From IMG/VR virus record IMGVR_UViG_3300043777_000056, positions 7,798 through 71,797 of that record: a stretch of 64,000 bases of DNA, one strand, 5' to 3'. Source of the DNA: a virus. Every line of letters starts with the position of its first letter. Position 1 is the stretch's first letter. Both the position numbers and the translations under genes were made by a program. The notes beneath the pieces are model-generated. The model saw only the letters and a program-made list of their open reading frames with translations, was not told the origin of the DNA and made no database searches. Below are positions 55,484 to 63,806 of the stretch, in pieces.

Positions 55484-55562
55484 CTGAGTAAGCGCCATGA
55501 GGCAGGCGACCCGGCCTGGAACCGGGAATATCGTGCAGGTTCGAACCCTGCTACTCAGACCA
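55484..55562 (+). tRNA. Atypical tRNA-Pro(UGG)
   Basis: Acceptor CTGAGTA/TACTCAG, A73, encoded CCA; D stem CGCC/GGCG; anticodon arm CCCGG-CCTGGAA-CCGGG; T-arm GCAGG-TTCGAAC-CCTGC. Non-canonical A8, C33 and A37. Confidence 0.7.
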
Positions 55563-55668
55563 TTTGCCGCATGCGGCAAGCCGAAAGCGGCGTCTCGCCA
55601 AGCCCTGGGCGGGAGCCAAGCACCGTTAGGTGTGAAACGTCGCCGTAAACATAGCCGGCACCGGGGCC

Positions 55669-55697
55669 TTGATTCCACGCCGGCAATAGACTACGAT
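55669..55697 (+). promoter_or_regulatory. Sigma70-type promoter, probably leaderless transcript
   Basis: TTGATT-N17-TACGAT; ATG follows after 6 nt. Confidence 0.6.
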
Positions 55698-55703
55698 GCG
55701 CGC

Positions 55704-55949
55704 ATGAAGCAGTGGATAGTCACCAAGCTTGATACCGACGAGCTTCCCAGCATCAGGAAATTCGCGCCCCCATCCAGGCGTATACTTTTTGGCCCATGCG
55801 GACATCCTGGTTGTGGTATTCCGCAACGTGTCAAGGGGTACTGTATGAAGCACTACCTGCGCATTAAAAGACATGGATCTGCCGATGTTATTTTGAAGTC
55901 TGGTCCGAAGCTTGGTAGTCATCACAAGAAGAGACGAGTTAACTCATAA
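55704..55949 (+). CDS. Small zinc-finger protein (HNH N-terminal-like finger)
   Basis: CGHPGC...KGYCMKHY.R..RHG. Confidence 0.6.
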   Translation: MKQWIVTKLDTDELPSIRKFAPPSRRILFGPCGHPGCGIPQRVKGYCMKHYLRIKRHGSADVILKSGPKLGSHHKKRRVNS

Positions 55950-56314
55950 TGCGCCAGGATCCAAGGACAAATGTTGCTGCTCGCGTTGGCCAGTATGTAC
56001 TTACGAAGCAAGGTCATTGGGTAACGCGAAGTAAGCATGTGCGCGGTGGAAAGGATAAGGGTCGCGTGTCGGTCTGCATCGAGTGTCAGAAAGAGTACCC
56101 ATACGTTCGTGGCCGCAAGCTGTGCAGCTCAGAGTGCTACAGTGCATGGAGGAAGAAATATGTGTTTAAACGCAAGAATCTTCTTTTCAGCGGCAATGAT
56201 CTGTTCAGCAAGCCATTGCGGCGCGTAACCAGAGCTGCTACTCTTTCCCATCTTTCTCCCGAGCAGATCGAGATCCGCCGGGTAATGCGTGAGTTGAACT
56301 GGAGATCAACATGA
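55949..56314 (+). CDS. Zinc-finger hypothetical protein
   Basis: CIECQKEY...LCSSEC; coupled at both ends. Confidence 0.6.
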   Translation: MRQDPRTNVAARVGQYVLTKQGHWVTRSKHVRGGKDKGRVSVCIECQKEYPYVRGRKLCSSECYSAWRKKYVFKRKNLLFSGNDLFSKPLRRVTRAATLSHLSPEQIEIRRVMRELNWRST

Positions 56315-56661
56315 ATTCACTAGCCGATGCCGCAAAGTCTCGCGCCAAGGCTCTGGCCGATCAGCTCAAGGGCGCCAAGAAAAGCTTTCTGGAGCGCATA
56401 CGTCGCGCCAAGGAGCGACGCGGTGCCGGCGATATCGATCACCCGCGAGACATCATCTGGCTGTGGATCAGTAAGGCTCCCAGGTTCGAGCGCGTTTCCA
56501 TCACCGATCCGGTGACCGGGAAGGAGCGCATGGTGACCAAGGTCAGCTGGCCAAAGGGTGTTACCTACGACAAGGGACGCAATCAGATGAAGCGCCAGCG
56601 TCGTGAGTACGAGCAAAGCCTTAAGGGCCCGAGCAGCACCTACAAGGGAGTACATCCGTGA
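56311..56661 (+). CDS. Basic hypothetical protein
   Basis: GGAG RBS; ATGA coupling. Confidence 0.7.
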   Translation: MNSLADAAKSRAKALADQLKGAKKSFLERIRRAKERRGAGDIDHPRDIIWLWISKAPRFERVSITDPVTGKERMVTKVSWPKGVTYDKGRNQMKRQRREYEQSLKGPSSTYKGVHP

Positions 56662-56789
56662 GCACACTATTGCCGAACTGCCGACAAGATGATCGGAGCC
56701 GGGAGAAAAGCAACCGGAAGTCCTCGGCGCGTCACTCGGGAAGGGCGCGCCGTGGCATTCGCATCACTTATGGAAGGAAATCACAATGA
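56658..56789 (+). CDS. Arg-rich bridging micro-ORF (43 aa)
   Basis: AGGGAG RBS; GTGA overlap with the upstream stop and ATGA overlap with the downstream start. Confidence 0.4.
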   Translation: MSTLLPNCRQDDRSREKSNRKSSARHSGRARRGIRITYGRKSQ

Positions 56790-57697
56790 GCTTTCAGATC
56801 AAGAACCGCTTCACCGAAGCAGTGTTATTCGAGTGCGAACTGCCTGCTGAGATCGCAGAAAAGTCGCCTGGCCGACAGCTCGGATACGCCGTCATGCAGG
56901 CTCTTAAAGCGCGCGCCAACCTCGCGGGCGCCGACCTCGCGGACGTCTACCTCGCGGGCGCCGACCTCGCGCGCGCCGACCTCGCGGGCGCCTACCTCGC
57001 GCGCGCCGACCTCGCGGGCGCCGACCTCGCGCGCGCCAACCTCGCGCGCGCCTACCTCGCGCGCGCCAACCTCGCGCGCGCCTACCTCGCGGGCGCCGAC
57101 CTCGCGGGCGCCGACCTCGCGGGCGCCTACCTCGCGGGCGCCGACCTCGCGGACGTCTACCTCGCGGGCGCCAACCTCGCGCGCGCCTACCTCGCGGGCG
57201 CCGACCTCGCGGGCGCCTACCTCGCGGGCGCCGACCTCGCGGGCGCCAACCTCGCGGGCGCCTACCTCGCGGGCGCCTACCTCGCGGGCGCCAAGAACAT
57301 ACCTGAAACTAACGGATCGGAATCCATTCAGTCGGCGCAACCGTATGTTCGACCAACAGCGCAGAACCGCCAGGAGCGCATGCTGGCCTTTCGCGAGCGG
57401 CATCCTGAAGCGCCAGTTATCGAAGGGCTAGATGCGAAGATCCTGGAAGTCGTGACTGCCGGTAAAGGAAAGCTTGATATGTCGCAATGGCATACCTGCG
57501 AGACGACCCACTGCCGCGCCGGCTGGGCCATCACATTGGCCGGCGATGCTGGCAAGAAGCTTGAGAAAGAACACGGGCCATATCGCGCCGGTGCCATGAT
57601 CTACCGCGCAAGCACCGGCCGAGTTCCGCACTTCTATGCGAGCAATGAGAGGGCGCTGGAAGACATGCGCGAACAGGCCGCGTTGGCTGCGTCTTAG
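56786..57697 (+). CDS. Pentapeptide-repeat protein with C-terminal His/Cys domain
   Basis: 25 A-[GRD]-[AV]-[NDY]-L repeats; LDMSQWHTCETTHCRAGWA domain. Confidence 0.92.
   Translation: MSFQIKNRFTEAVLFECELPAEIAEKSPGRQLGYAVMQALKARANLAGADLADVYLAGADLARADLAGAYLARADLAGADLARANLARAYLARANLARAYLAGADLAGADLAGAYLAGADLADVYLAGANLARAYLAGADLAGAYLAGADLAGANLAGAYLAGAYLAGAKNIPETNGSESIQSAQPYVRPTAQNRQERMLAFRERHPEAPVIEGLDAKILEVVTAGKGKLDMSQWHTCETTHCRAGWAITLAGDAGKKLEKEHGPYRAGAMIYRASTGRVPHFYASNERALEDMREQAALAAS
56909..57292 (+). repeat. 15-bp tandem repeat, 25 full copies plus a partial one
   Basis: Unit GCG-(G/C)GC-GCC-(G/A/T)AC-CTC; two copies read GCG-GAC-GTC-TAC-CTC. Confidence 0.95.
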
Positions 57698-57738
57698 TTC
57701 GACGGGAACGATGGTGATACGAGCGGAGGTAGATGACT

Positions 57739-57840
57739 ATGGCCGACGAACCTGTAACCGTATTTCAGTGTCCGTCAGAAGCTGCTAAGGGAACGTGCGA
57801 GAGTCCCTTCGGGCTGCCTGGCGGAGGCCGCAGCCTATGA
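57739..57840 (+). CDS. Micro-ORF (33 aa)
   Basis: GGAGGT RBS; ends in an ATGA overlap with the next gene. Confidence 0.45.
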   Translation: MADEPVTVFQCPSEAAKGTCESPFGLPGGGRSL

Positions 57841-58163
57841 ACGCGGTCGCCTCAGATGTCCGCCGATCACTGCGCACCGACGTACGCAACCCGCTGCTGG
57901 GATTGCCCTCAATGCAGCGCGCTATGCGCATGGGAAAGCTTGAGCGCCTGATCCTGCGCGACCTGTGCCGCGAGATAGCCGCCGACGCACGGGACCGCGC
58001 TGAGACCTGCTGGAAGCGCCACAAGGCACCGATGGCAGCCTATTGGAAGGCGGTCGCGGTGTACGCCGGGCACACGGCTAGGGCGCTATCGTCTTCTCTC
58101 AAACGTAACAAGGCGCAAGATGATTGCATCGCTCTGAAGCGCAAGCTTGTGGTATCGGTATGA
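57837..58163 (+). CDS. Hypothetical protein
   Basis: GGAGG RBS; VRNPLLGLP...WKRHKAPMAAYWKAVAVYAGH. Confidence 0.75.
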   Translation: MNAVASDVRRSLRTDVRNPLLGLPSMQRAMRMGKLERLILRDLCREIAADARDRAETCWKRHKAPMAAYWKAVAVYAGHTARALSSSLKRNKAQDDCIALKRKLVVSV

Positions 58164-58182
58164 TCACCAGGAGACTGCGGTA

Positions 58183-59412
58183 ATGCCAGTTCGTCAAATA
58201 ATCGAGCGAGATAACGGCGTTCATGTCAAGATCTGGACCAATGACGTCGAGCCAGACGCTATTGAGCAGTTGAAGCAGACCGCCGCGCTTCCTTTCGTCC
58301 ATCACCACATTGCAGCCATGGCTGACTGTCACTGGGGCATGGGGTCCACTGTTGGATCAGTGATCGCTACCGAGAGGGCAATCATACCGGCTGCCGTGGG
58401 TGTGGACATTGGCTGCGGCATGATCGCTCAGAAGCTCACCCTGCGCGCCGAACACCTACCAGACAACCTTCATGCCTTGCGTAGTGACATCGAGTCCCGT
58501 ATTCCCCATGGGCGTACAGATGACGGTGGCGCGAATGATCGTGGCGCCTGGGGAGAGCTACCGGAAGAAGTTTCTGATGCGTGGTACCGACTTAGCTACG
58601 ACGATCCGCGCTGGCTGCGATTGTCTGGTCGCCACGAAAGTATTTTTGCCCGGCGTACCAATACAGGGCGGCATCTCGGAACACTCGGCACTGGTAATCA
58701 CTTCATCGAGCTTTGTCTTGACAGGGAAGGCTGGTGCTGGCTAATGCTACACTCGGGTTCGCGCGGCGTCGGTAACCGCATTGGTTCGTATTTCATCTCG
58801 CTGGCGAAGAAACAGATGGAGAAGTACTTCATCCACCTTCCGAACCAGGATCTGGCGTATCTGGTGGACGATACGGATGAGTACCGAGACTATCTGGAGG
58901 CCGTCAGCTGGGCGCAGGACTTCGCCAAAGCAAATCGCGAGATCATGATGGCGCGCGCCATGGAGTCCGTGTCAGTAGTTTTGGGTCGAGAATTCACGAT
59001 CAGTGCCGCAGCAGTCAATTGTCACCACAACTACGTGGCGCGCGAGAAGCACTTCGGCAAGACCGTGAATGTGACGCGGAAGGGAGCCGTGAGGGCAGGC
59101 ATAGGGGATTTGGGCATTATCCCTGGGAGCATGGGGGCCAGAAGCTTCATCGTACGTGGCCTCGGCAATCCCGAGTCCTTCTGTTCTTGCTCTCACGGCG
59201 CCGGACGCAAGATGGGCCGCAACGCGGCGAAGAAGCTGTTCACGGTGGCAGACCTTGAGGCTCAGACTGCGGGCGTCGAGTGCCGTAAGGATGCTGATGT
59301 GATCGATGAGATACCGGCGGCTTACAAGGACATTCAGACCGTCATGGACAACCAGAGCGATCTGGTTGAAATTGTGGCGGAACTCAAACAGGTTGTGTGT
59401 ATCAAAGGATGA
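58183..59412 (+). CDS. rtcB: RtcB RNA ligase (3'-P or 2',3'-cyclic-P to 5'-OH)
   Basis: MADCHWG, VGVDIGCG, LGTLGTGNHFIE, LHSGSRG, HHNY, RKGA, PGSMG, SHGAGR, DEIPAAYK, final KG. Confidence 0.97.
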   Translation: MPVRQIIERDNGVHVKIWTNDVEPDAIEQLKQTAALPFVHHHIAAMADCHWGMGSTVGSVIATERAIIPAAVGVDIGCGMIAQKLTLRAEHLPDNLHALRSDIESRIPHGRTDDGGANDRGAWGELPEEVSDAWYRLSYDDPRWLRLSGRHESIFARRTNTGRHLGTLGTGNHFIELCLDREGWCWLMLHSGSRGVGNRIGSYFISLAKKQMEKYFIHLPNQDLAYLVDDTDEYRDYLEAVSWAQDFAKANREIMMARAMESVSVVLGREFTISAAAVNCHHNYVAREKHFGKTVNVTRKGAVRAGIGDLGIIPGSMGARSFIVRGLGNPESFCSCSHGAGRKMGRNAAKKLFTVADLEAQTAGVECRKDADVIDEIPAAYKDIQTVMDNQSDLVEIVAELKQVVCIKG

Positions 59413-59735
59413 AGAACGGAGACTGGCGGATAAATAGATCACCATCCCTGCTTCCAGCGGCGCGCAAGGCTCTACATTATCGCTTGAGAGAGGCCATCTT
59501 TGCGGCTCTAGGAAATATTTGCTGTCGTTGTGGGTTTAGTGATGTAAGGGCACTACAGATAGATCACGTCCACGGTGGCGGAACACAAGAGTTTAAGAAG
59601 AAGAAAGGCACTTCTTACCTGTATCATGTGCTGAAAAATCTTGCTAATGGCAACTATCAGTTGCTATGCGCTAATTGTAACTGGATCAAGCGCTTTGAGA
59701 ATAAGCGTGAGCGAGGCGGATATGTCAAGGGGTAA
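59409..59735 (+). CDS. HNH endonuclease
   Basis: CCRCG...LQIDHVHGGG...YQLLCANCNWIK; AT-rich. Confidence 0.85.
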   Translation: MKNGDWRINRSPSLLPAARKALHYRLREAIFAALGNICCRCGFSDVRALQIDHVHGGGTQEFKKKKGTSYLYHVLKNLANGNYQLLCANCNWIKRFENKRERGGYVKG

Positions 59736-60120
59736 TCCAGGCTTCGAGGGTGGCCATATCCTCGTTGACTTCGACGGCACGCTGGCCAAGTACGACAGCG
59801 GTGGCTACCGTACTGGACATTGCGGGGAACCAATCCCTGAAATGGTGGAGCGCGTTAAGAAATGGCTCAATGAGGGTCGAGATGTCCGCATATTCACCGC
59901 TCGACGGTATACCGGCGGAAGCCTACGCAAGCTCCAGGAGTCAGCCAAGGATGTGGCGGCGATAGAGGTATGGTGCGGCATGGTGTTCGGTCGTGTGCTA
60001 CCCATAGTCAATCAGAAAAACATGAGCACGGACGCCATATTCGATGACATAGCATCAAGCGTGGAGCATAATGTGGGCTCCTGGAGTAATCTTAACTGGC
60101 GCTATGGGATACCCCTTTAG
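59722..60120 (+). CDS. HAD-family phosphatase (PNK 3'-phosphatase-like)
   Basis: VDFDGTLA, IFTAR, K, FDD; GAGG RBS. Confidence 0.85.
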   Translation: MSRGNPGFEGGHILVDFDGTLAKYDSGGYRTGHCGEPIPEMVERVKKWLNEGRDVRIFTARRYTGGSLRKLQESAKDVAAIEVWCGMVFGRVLPIVNQKNMSTDAIFDDIASSVEHNVGSWSNLNWRYGIPL

Positions 60121-60171
60121 GCCCCCTATGAGGCCCCTGGCGGCCTGTATCGGGTACCATTTGGATTGCTT

Positions 60172-60212
60172 GAGCCGCCTAGACAGACAACTACAAGTGG
60201 CGGCTCCGTTTT
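60172..60212 (+). terminator. Stem-loop, terminator or leader element
   Basis: GAGCCGCC-N19-GGCGGCTC followed by CGTTTT. Confidence 0.45.
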
Positions 60213-60227
60213 AAGGCAGGAAAGCAC

Positions 60228-61064
60228 ATGGCAGCCAATCAGTTTTACCCGCAGAACATTCCGAATTCGAGCACGAGCGGCACCCGCGAGCATCTGACGC
60301 GCGGCTCGTACCTGTTTATCGGACCAGACAGCCCGGCCAATCGTCGGTACCCGCTGAACGATGCCCAGGGTCTCGACTCAAGCGGTCCTGATGTAGGCGC
60401 CCAGTGGCAGCCGTTCTGTCTCGCTTATATTGGCAATCTGCCGACCGGCGGCCCGGCCGCAGTTTCAACGACCTACGTTGTGAACGTGCAGGGCGCTGGT
60501 GTCACTCCCGGTAACCCGGTAACGCTGAACTCAGCGAACTCGGAAGTCATTACTGGCCTCAATGGTAACAATGCGGTAGTGGTCACAGACTTCCCGCGTG
60601 CCTTCACTTACGTGTCTTCAAGCGCGTCTGATACCGGCACAATCCTTCTGTCGGGCTACGACATGTACAAGAGTCCGCAGACCGAACAGATCACCCTGAA
60701 CGGCACTACGCCTGTTGCCGGTAAGAAAGCTTTCGTCTACGTGGCTTCGGTGACTCCGGTTAGCGCGACTCTCGTCGGCAACCTGTCTATCGGTACCTCG
60801 CAGGTATTCGGCCTACCAATGGCTGCGGATCCAGGTTCATTCGATGCATCGTTCAAGGTCATCGCGGGCGCGCAGACGGCGGACGCCGGCACTCTAGTGT
60901 TTGCTGATCGCACGAGCCCGGCTACTTCAGTCACTGGTGATGTACGCGGTACGTACTCTCCGGCGGCTGCTCCGAACGGCTCCACGATCTATGTGGTGAA
61001 CTACGCCCCGTCACTGGGTGCGCACTTCAAGACGAACTCAACGTACGGCGTACAGCCGGCCTAA
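60228..61064 (+). CDS. Virion structural protein
   Basis: AGGA RBS; S/T/G/A-rich; SGYDMY..PQTEQI..GKKAF and TGDVRGTY motifs. Confidence 0.7.
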   Translation: MAANQFYPQNIPNSSTSGTREHLTRGSYLFIGPDSPANRRYPLNDAQGLDSSGPDVGAQWQPFCLAYIGNLPTGGPAAVSTTYVVNVQGAGVTPGNPVTLNSANSEVITGLNGNNAVVVTDFPRAFTYVSSSASDTGTILLSGYDMYKSPQTEQITLNGTTPVAGKKAFVYVASVTPVSATLVGNLSIGTSQVFGLPMAADPGSFDASFKVIAGAQTADAGTLVFADRTSPATSVTGDVRGTYSPAAAPNGSTIYVVNYAPSLGAHFKTNSTYGVQPA

Positions 61065-61078
61065 AGGAATAGGCCGCC

Positions 61079-61828
61079 ATGCGGACCAAGACGTATCAGC
61101 TGACAGGGCAGAACGCAGCGGCAGCGAGTGTCGCGGCGGCGCAGCTCCCTACCGCCGGTACGCCTTTGACGTTGGCCGCCAGTCCGGTTGTGTTCGGCAG
61201 TCAGAAGACCCTAACAGGATTCCTGTCTGGAGTGGCACAAGGAACTCCATCCGAGCTTACGATCACGACCTTGTCTGGCTCGCCTGCCGGTCAGGTGTTC
61301 ACGGTAATTGGACGCGACCGCTGGGGTATCAATCTCATCACTGAGACGATCACGAATTCTGCCGGCGGTGCGGCGACTCTGCAGTCCAAGTGTGTTTACA
61401 GTACCATCGTCTCGATCACGCCAAGCATCACTGATGGCACTAACAACGTGTCAGCGGGTGTACCACAGCGTGTGACCACCCCGTGGGTACCGTTCAATAA
61501 CACTCGCGGCTTCGACCAGACCAATATCGGATACGTTTCAGTGGACAATGCGACCGGTAGCCCGGCGTACACACTGGAGCTTTCCAGTGTCGATGCGAAT
61601 GCCCAGGGTGTAGGTCAGTACCCGACTCTTGTGGGCTCAGGCTTGGGCTCAGGTAGCGCGAACCAGCCGACCTACTACGGCGATAACTTCCCGATTGACG
61701 GCAGCTCGAACCCGACTTTCACGACTCAGCCGGCACAGATTCCCCAGGGCGCCCAGTGGGCCCGGCTGGTGAACACCAGCGGCGCCGGCACCAGCTCCAT
61801 CGCACGCTTCGTGCGCCCAGGCTACTAA
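61079..61828 (+). CDS. Virion structural protein
   Basis: Shares a beta domain with the adaptor and nozzle proteins. Confidence 0.7.
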   Translation: MRTKTYQLTGQNAAAASVAAAQLPTAGTPLTLAASPVVFGSQKTLTGFLSGVAQGTPSELTITTLSGSPAGQVFTVIGRDRWGINLITETITNSAGGAATLQSKCVYSTIVSITPSITDGTNNVSAGVPQRVTTPWVPFNNTRGFDQTNIGYVSVDNATGSPAYTLELSSVDANAQGVGQYPTLVGSGLGSGSANQPTYYGDNFPIDGSSNPTFTTQPAQIPQGAQWARLVNTSGAGTSSIARFVRPGY

Positions 61829-62127
61829 TGCTGAAGCCTGACAGCATAGTCAGGATAGTGAACGTCAACAACCCTAAGTTCGAGGGTCAGTACGCCATGG
61901 TACTGAAGGTCAAGCGTCTGGCAGAGGCACCCGGTCTAATCTACGAAGCTCAGACAGCGGACCAAGGCGTCGTGACACTGCGGTATGATCAAGCAATGCC
62001 TGTGCCACGGCCAGAATCTTTGCTCCCCCAGCCATGGAGTGGCGTTTCACCTTTTGTTTTGCAGCTCTCTCGCGACGTTGTGTGGCGGCCTTCTCCCGAG
62101 CCGCCATTAAAGCCGCAGTCTGCTTGA
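61828..62127 (+). CDS. Hypothetical protein (KOW/SH3-like)
   Basis: TAATG coupling; DSIVRI..PKFEGQYAMV. Confidence 0.5.
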   Translation: MLKPDSIVRIVNVNNPKFEGQYAMVLKVKRLAEAPGLIYEAQTADQGVVTLRYDQAMPVPRPESLLPQPWSGVSPFVLQLSRDVVWRPSPEPPLKPQSA

Positions 62128-62293
62128 GCGCCTTCCAGCGTCTCGGGCTTAGCGCACGTATACCCTGCTCGTATCTTCTCCACGACCGCGAAGAGACGCC
62201 GGCTAGCTTGGCGGCCTGGGCCTGGGTGTAGCAGTAGAACTCGCGGAAATTACGCAGTAGCTGCGGGCTTGGGCTGGAATAGTCCAGGGGCAT
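61910..62293 (-). CDS. XRE-family HTH regulator
   Basis: LRNFRE...TQAQAAKLAGVSSRSWRRYEQG; GGAG RBS. The C-terminal tail overlaps a convergent ORF. Confidence 0.75.
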   Translation of the reverse strand: MPLDYSSPSPQLLRNFREFYCYTQAQAAKLAGVSSRSWRRYEQGIRALSPRRWKALKQTAALMAAREKAATQRRERAAKQKVKRHSMAGGAKILAVAQALLDHTAVSRRLGPLSELRRLDRVPLPDA

Positions 62294-62534
62294 TGATCTT
62301 GCTCCATAGAGGGGTTCTGGTGTTGCGTAGGGCAGCCACGGCCGCGTCCTCGGCCCATGGCCATGGACCGAAACGTCGAGACGCCTGTAGGATCTGCCCG
62401 CCCCATATGCCGTATCCGCACGCTTTACGCGCGGCCTTCTCGGTACCAGCCATCACGTAGATCGCAGGGGTGCAGATGGTGCCGGGCTCTACGCCCCACC
62501 AGACGTAGACATCCACTGCAGTTAGGCGGCGCAT
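62250..62534 (-). CDS. Hypothetical protein
   Basis: GGAG RBS; within the leftward operon. Confidence 0.55.
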   Translation of the reverse strand: MRRLTAVDVYVWWGVEPGTICTPAIYVMAGTEKAARKACGYGIWGGQILQASRRFGPWPWAEDAAVAALRNTRTPLWSKINAPGLFQPKPAATA

Positions 62535-62860
62535 GCTGCTCTCCGTGCCGCGTTCTTTGCGTGCATGTTATAGACCGACAGACGGCTATTCTCTACCGCC
62601 GGGATCCATTGACAGTTGTTGGGACCGTACCCCTCGGAAGTACGTTTACGATCCAGGCTGTTGTTGATTCGGCTGAAGCCGTTGGCCAGGGACCACGCGC
62701 GGAACTCTTCCCAGGACTTCCACTCTACTGGCAAGCCTTTCCATATGGCATTGCCGGATCCGTCCTTGATGACGCCGGCCACTATCCAGGCCTTGTATAA
62801 CCGAATACGACGGCGTACGCCCCGAGCATCCTTCCACTCGGTGGTACGTACCCTAGCCAT
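62522..62860 (-). CDS. HNH-like endonuclease (possibly degenerate)
   Basis: RLYKAW, EWKSWEEFRAW..ANG, SLDRK...GYGPNNCQWI...EN. Confidence 0.65.
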   Translation of the reverse strand: MARVRTTEWKDARGVRRRIRLYKAWIVAGVIKDGSGNAIWKGLPVEWKSWEEFRAWSLANGFSRINNSLDRKRTSEGYGPNNCQWIPAVENSRLSVYNMHAKNAARRAACAA

Positions 62861-63140
62861 TGGGGCGCCTCTGGGCGCGCTCCAGGGCGCGTCTGGCAAT
62901 GACTGCAGAGGCTACCGGCCGACCGTCCTTATTCTTGATGCCGGCAATGAACTGCAAAGCTTGTTTAAACGCATTATTAGTCTCGACCATGCGCACGACC
63001 GCCAAAGCAATGTCTGTTGCAGTGCGGGGGTCGGGACCATAGATGATTCCGAAAGGACGACCATCCATCTCAAGGGTGGTCTGCGATAGATCCTGGGTGT
63101 CTGCTGAATTAGGAGCGCCGGGACGCGCGGTAATTTCCAT
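62853..63140 (-). CDS. Hypothetical protein
   Basis: GGAG RBS before MEITARPG. Confidence 0.6.
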   Translation of the reverse strand: MEITARPGAPNSADTQDLSQTTLEMDGRPFGIIYGPDPRTATDIALAVVRMVETNNAFKQALQFIAGIKNKDGRPVASAVIARRALERAQRRPNG

Positions 63141-63161
63141 TCTGTTCTCCAACCCATCCCA

Positions 63162-63184
63162 GGACGCCCCCTACCGGGGCGTCC
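63162..63184. other. Intergenic perfect hairpin
   Basis: GGACGCCCC-CTACC-GGGGCGTCC; no clear U-tract. Confidence 0.6.
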
Positions 63185-63194
63185 CAGGCTTGGC

Positions 63195-63527
63195 TTATTT
63201 GGCCTTTGACTGCATTGTGCCACTGTTAAAGGTGGCCACGTCGGTGCCGTCGTTGCCAGGGCTCACAGTGAACGTGGTATTGCCAGTGATAGTGTACGAG
63301 TTACCGTTGCTATCGGTGGCGGTGCCTTGATACGTTGCGCTGTACTGGCCGGGCCCAAGGGTGTTGTCGCCGACGTAATCAGAGATCGCCGCTTGCCACG
63401 CGTCGAGATCCGCTCCGCCCGGTACTCCACCGCCTACTGTTACTTCGTCACCGTCTAAGTCATCGGTGATGAAGGTGTTACCACTTACCGTGGTTTCAGA
63501 TCCAATTGGACGATTGACATCAACCAT
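63195..63527 (-). CDS. Acidic Thr/Gly/Asp-rich hypothetical protein
   Basis: AAGGA RBS; 110 aa. Confidence 0.7.
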   Translation of the reverse strand: MVDVNRPIGSETTVSGNTFITDDLDGDEVTVGGGVPGGADLDAWQAAISDYVGDNTLGPGQYSATYQGTATDSNGNSYTITGNTTFTVSPGNDGTDVATFNSGTMQSKAK

Positions 63528-63806
63528 TTTGAATATCCTTTCAGTTGTTTACTGATCACGCTCAAGACGCGGATCCGGAAGGATAGCGCCCTGATGCATT
63601 AGGATAACAGCCACCAAAGCAAACGGCAATGCCAGCCAGCTGATTAGCGTGTCCAGATGGCTGCGACCGCTATGGCTACAGATACGATGATCAATGTCAG
63701 CTTCAGGTTTGGGCTTGGGTTCCACATCAGGCCTCCTTGGTGTGTCTGATGTTGTGGGCTCGTAACAACTGATATTTTATACAGGATCAGAGAAACATGT
63801 AGCCCT

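Noticed and set aside
55587-55643. Type III hammerhead-like layout (GCGGCGUC ... GAAACGUCGC with two internal stems)
   Set aside because: The segment that must be CUGANGA reads GAGCCAAG, so the catalytic core is absent.
56909-57292. CRISPR array or DGR variable region (AAC/GAC/TAC variation)
   Set aside because: There are no spacers or cas genes, and no reverse transcriptase or template repeat in the window. C/G variation also occurs.
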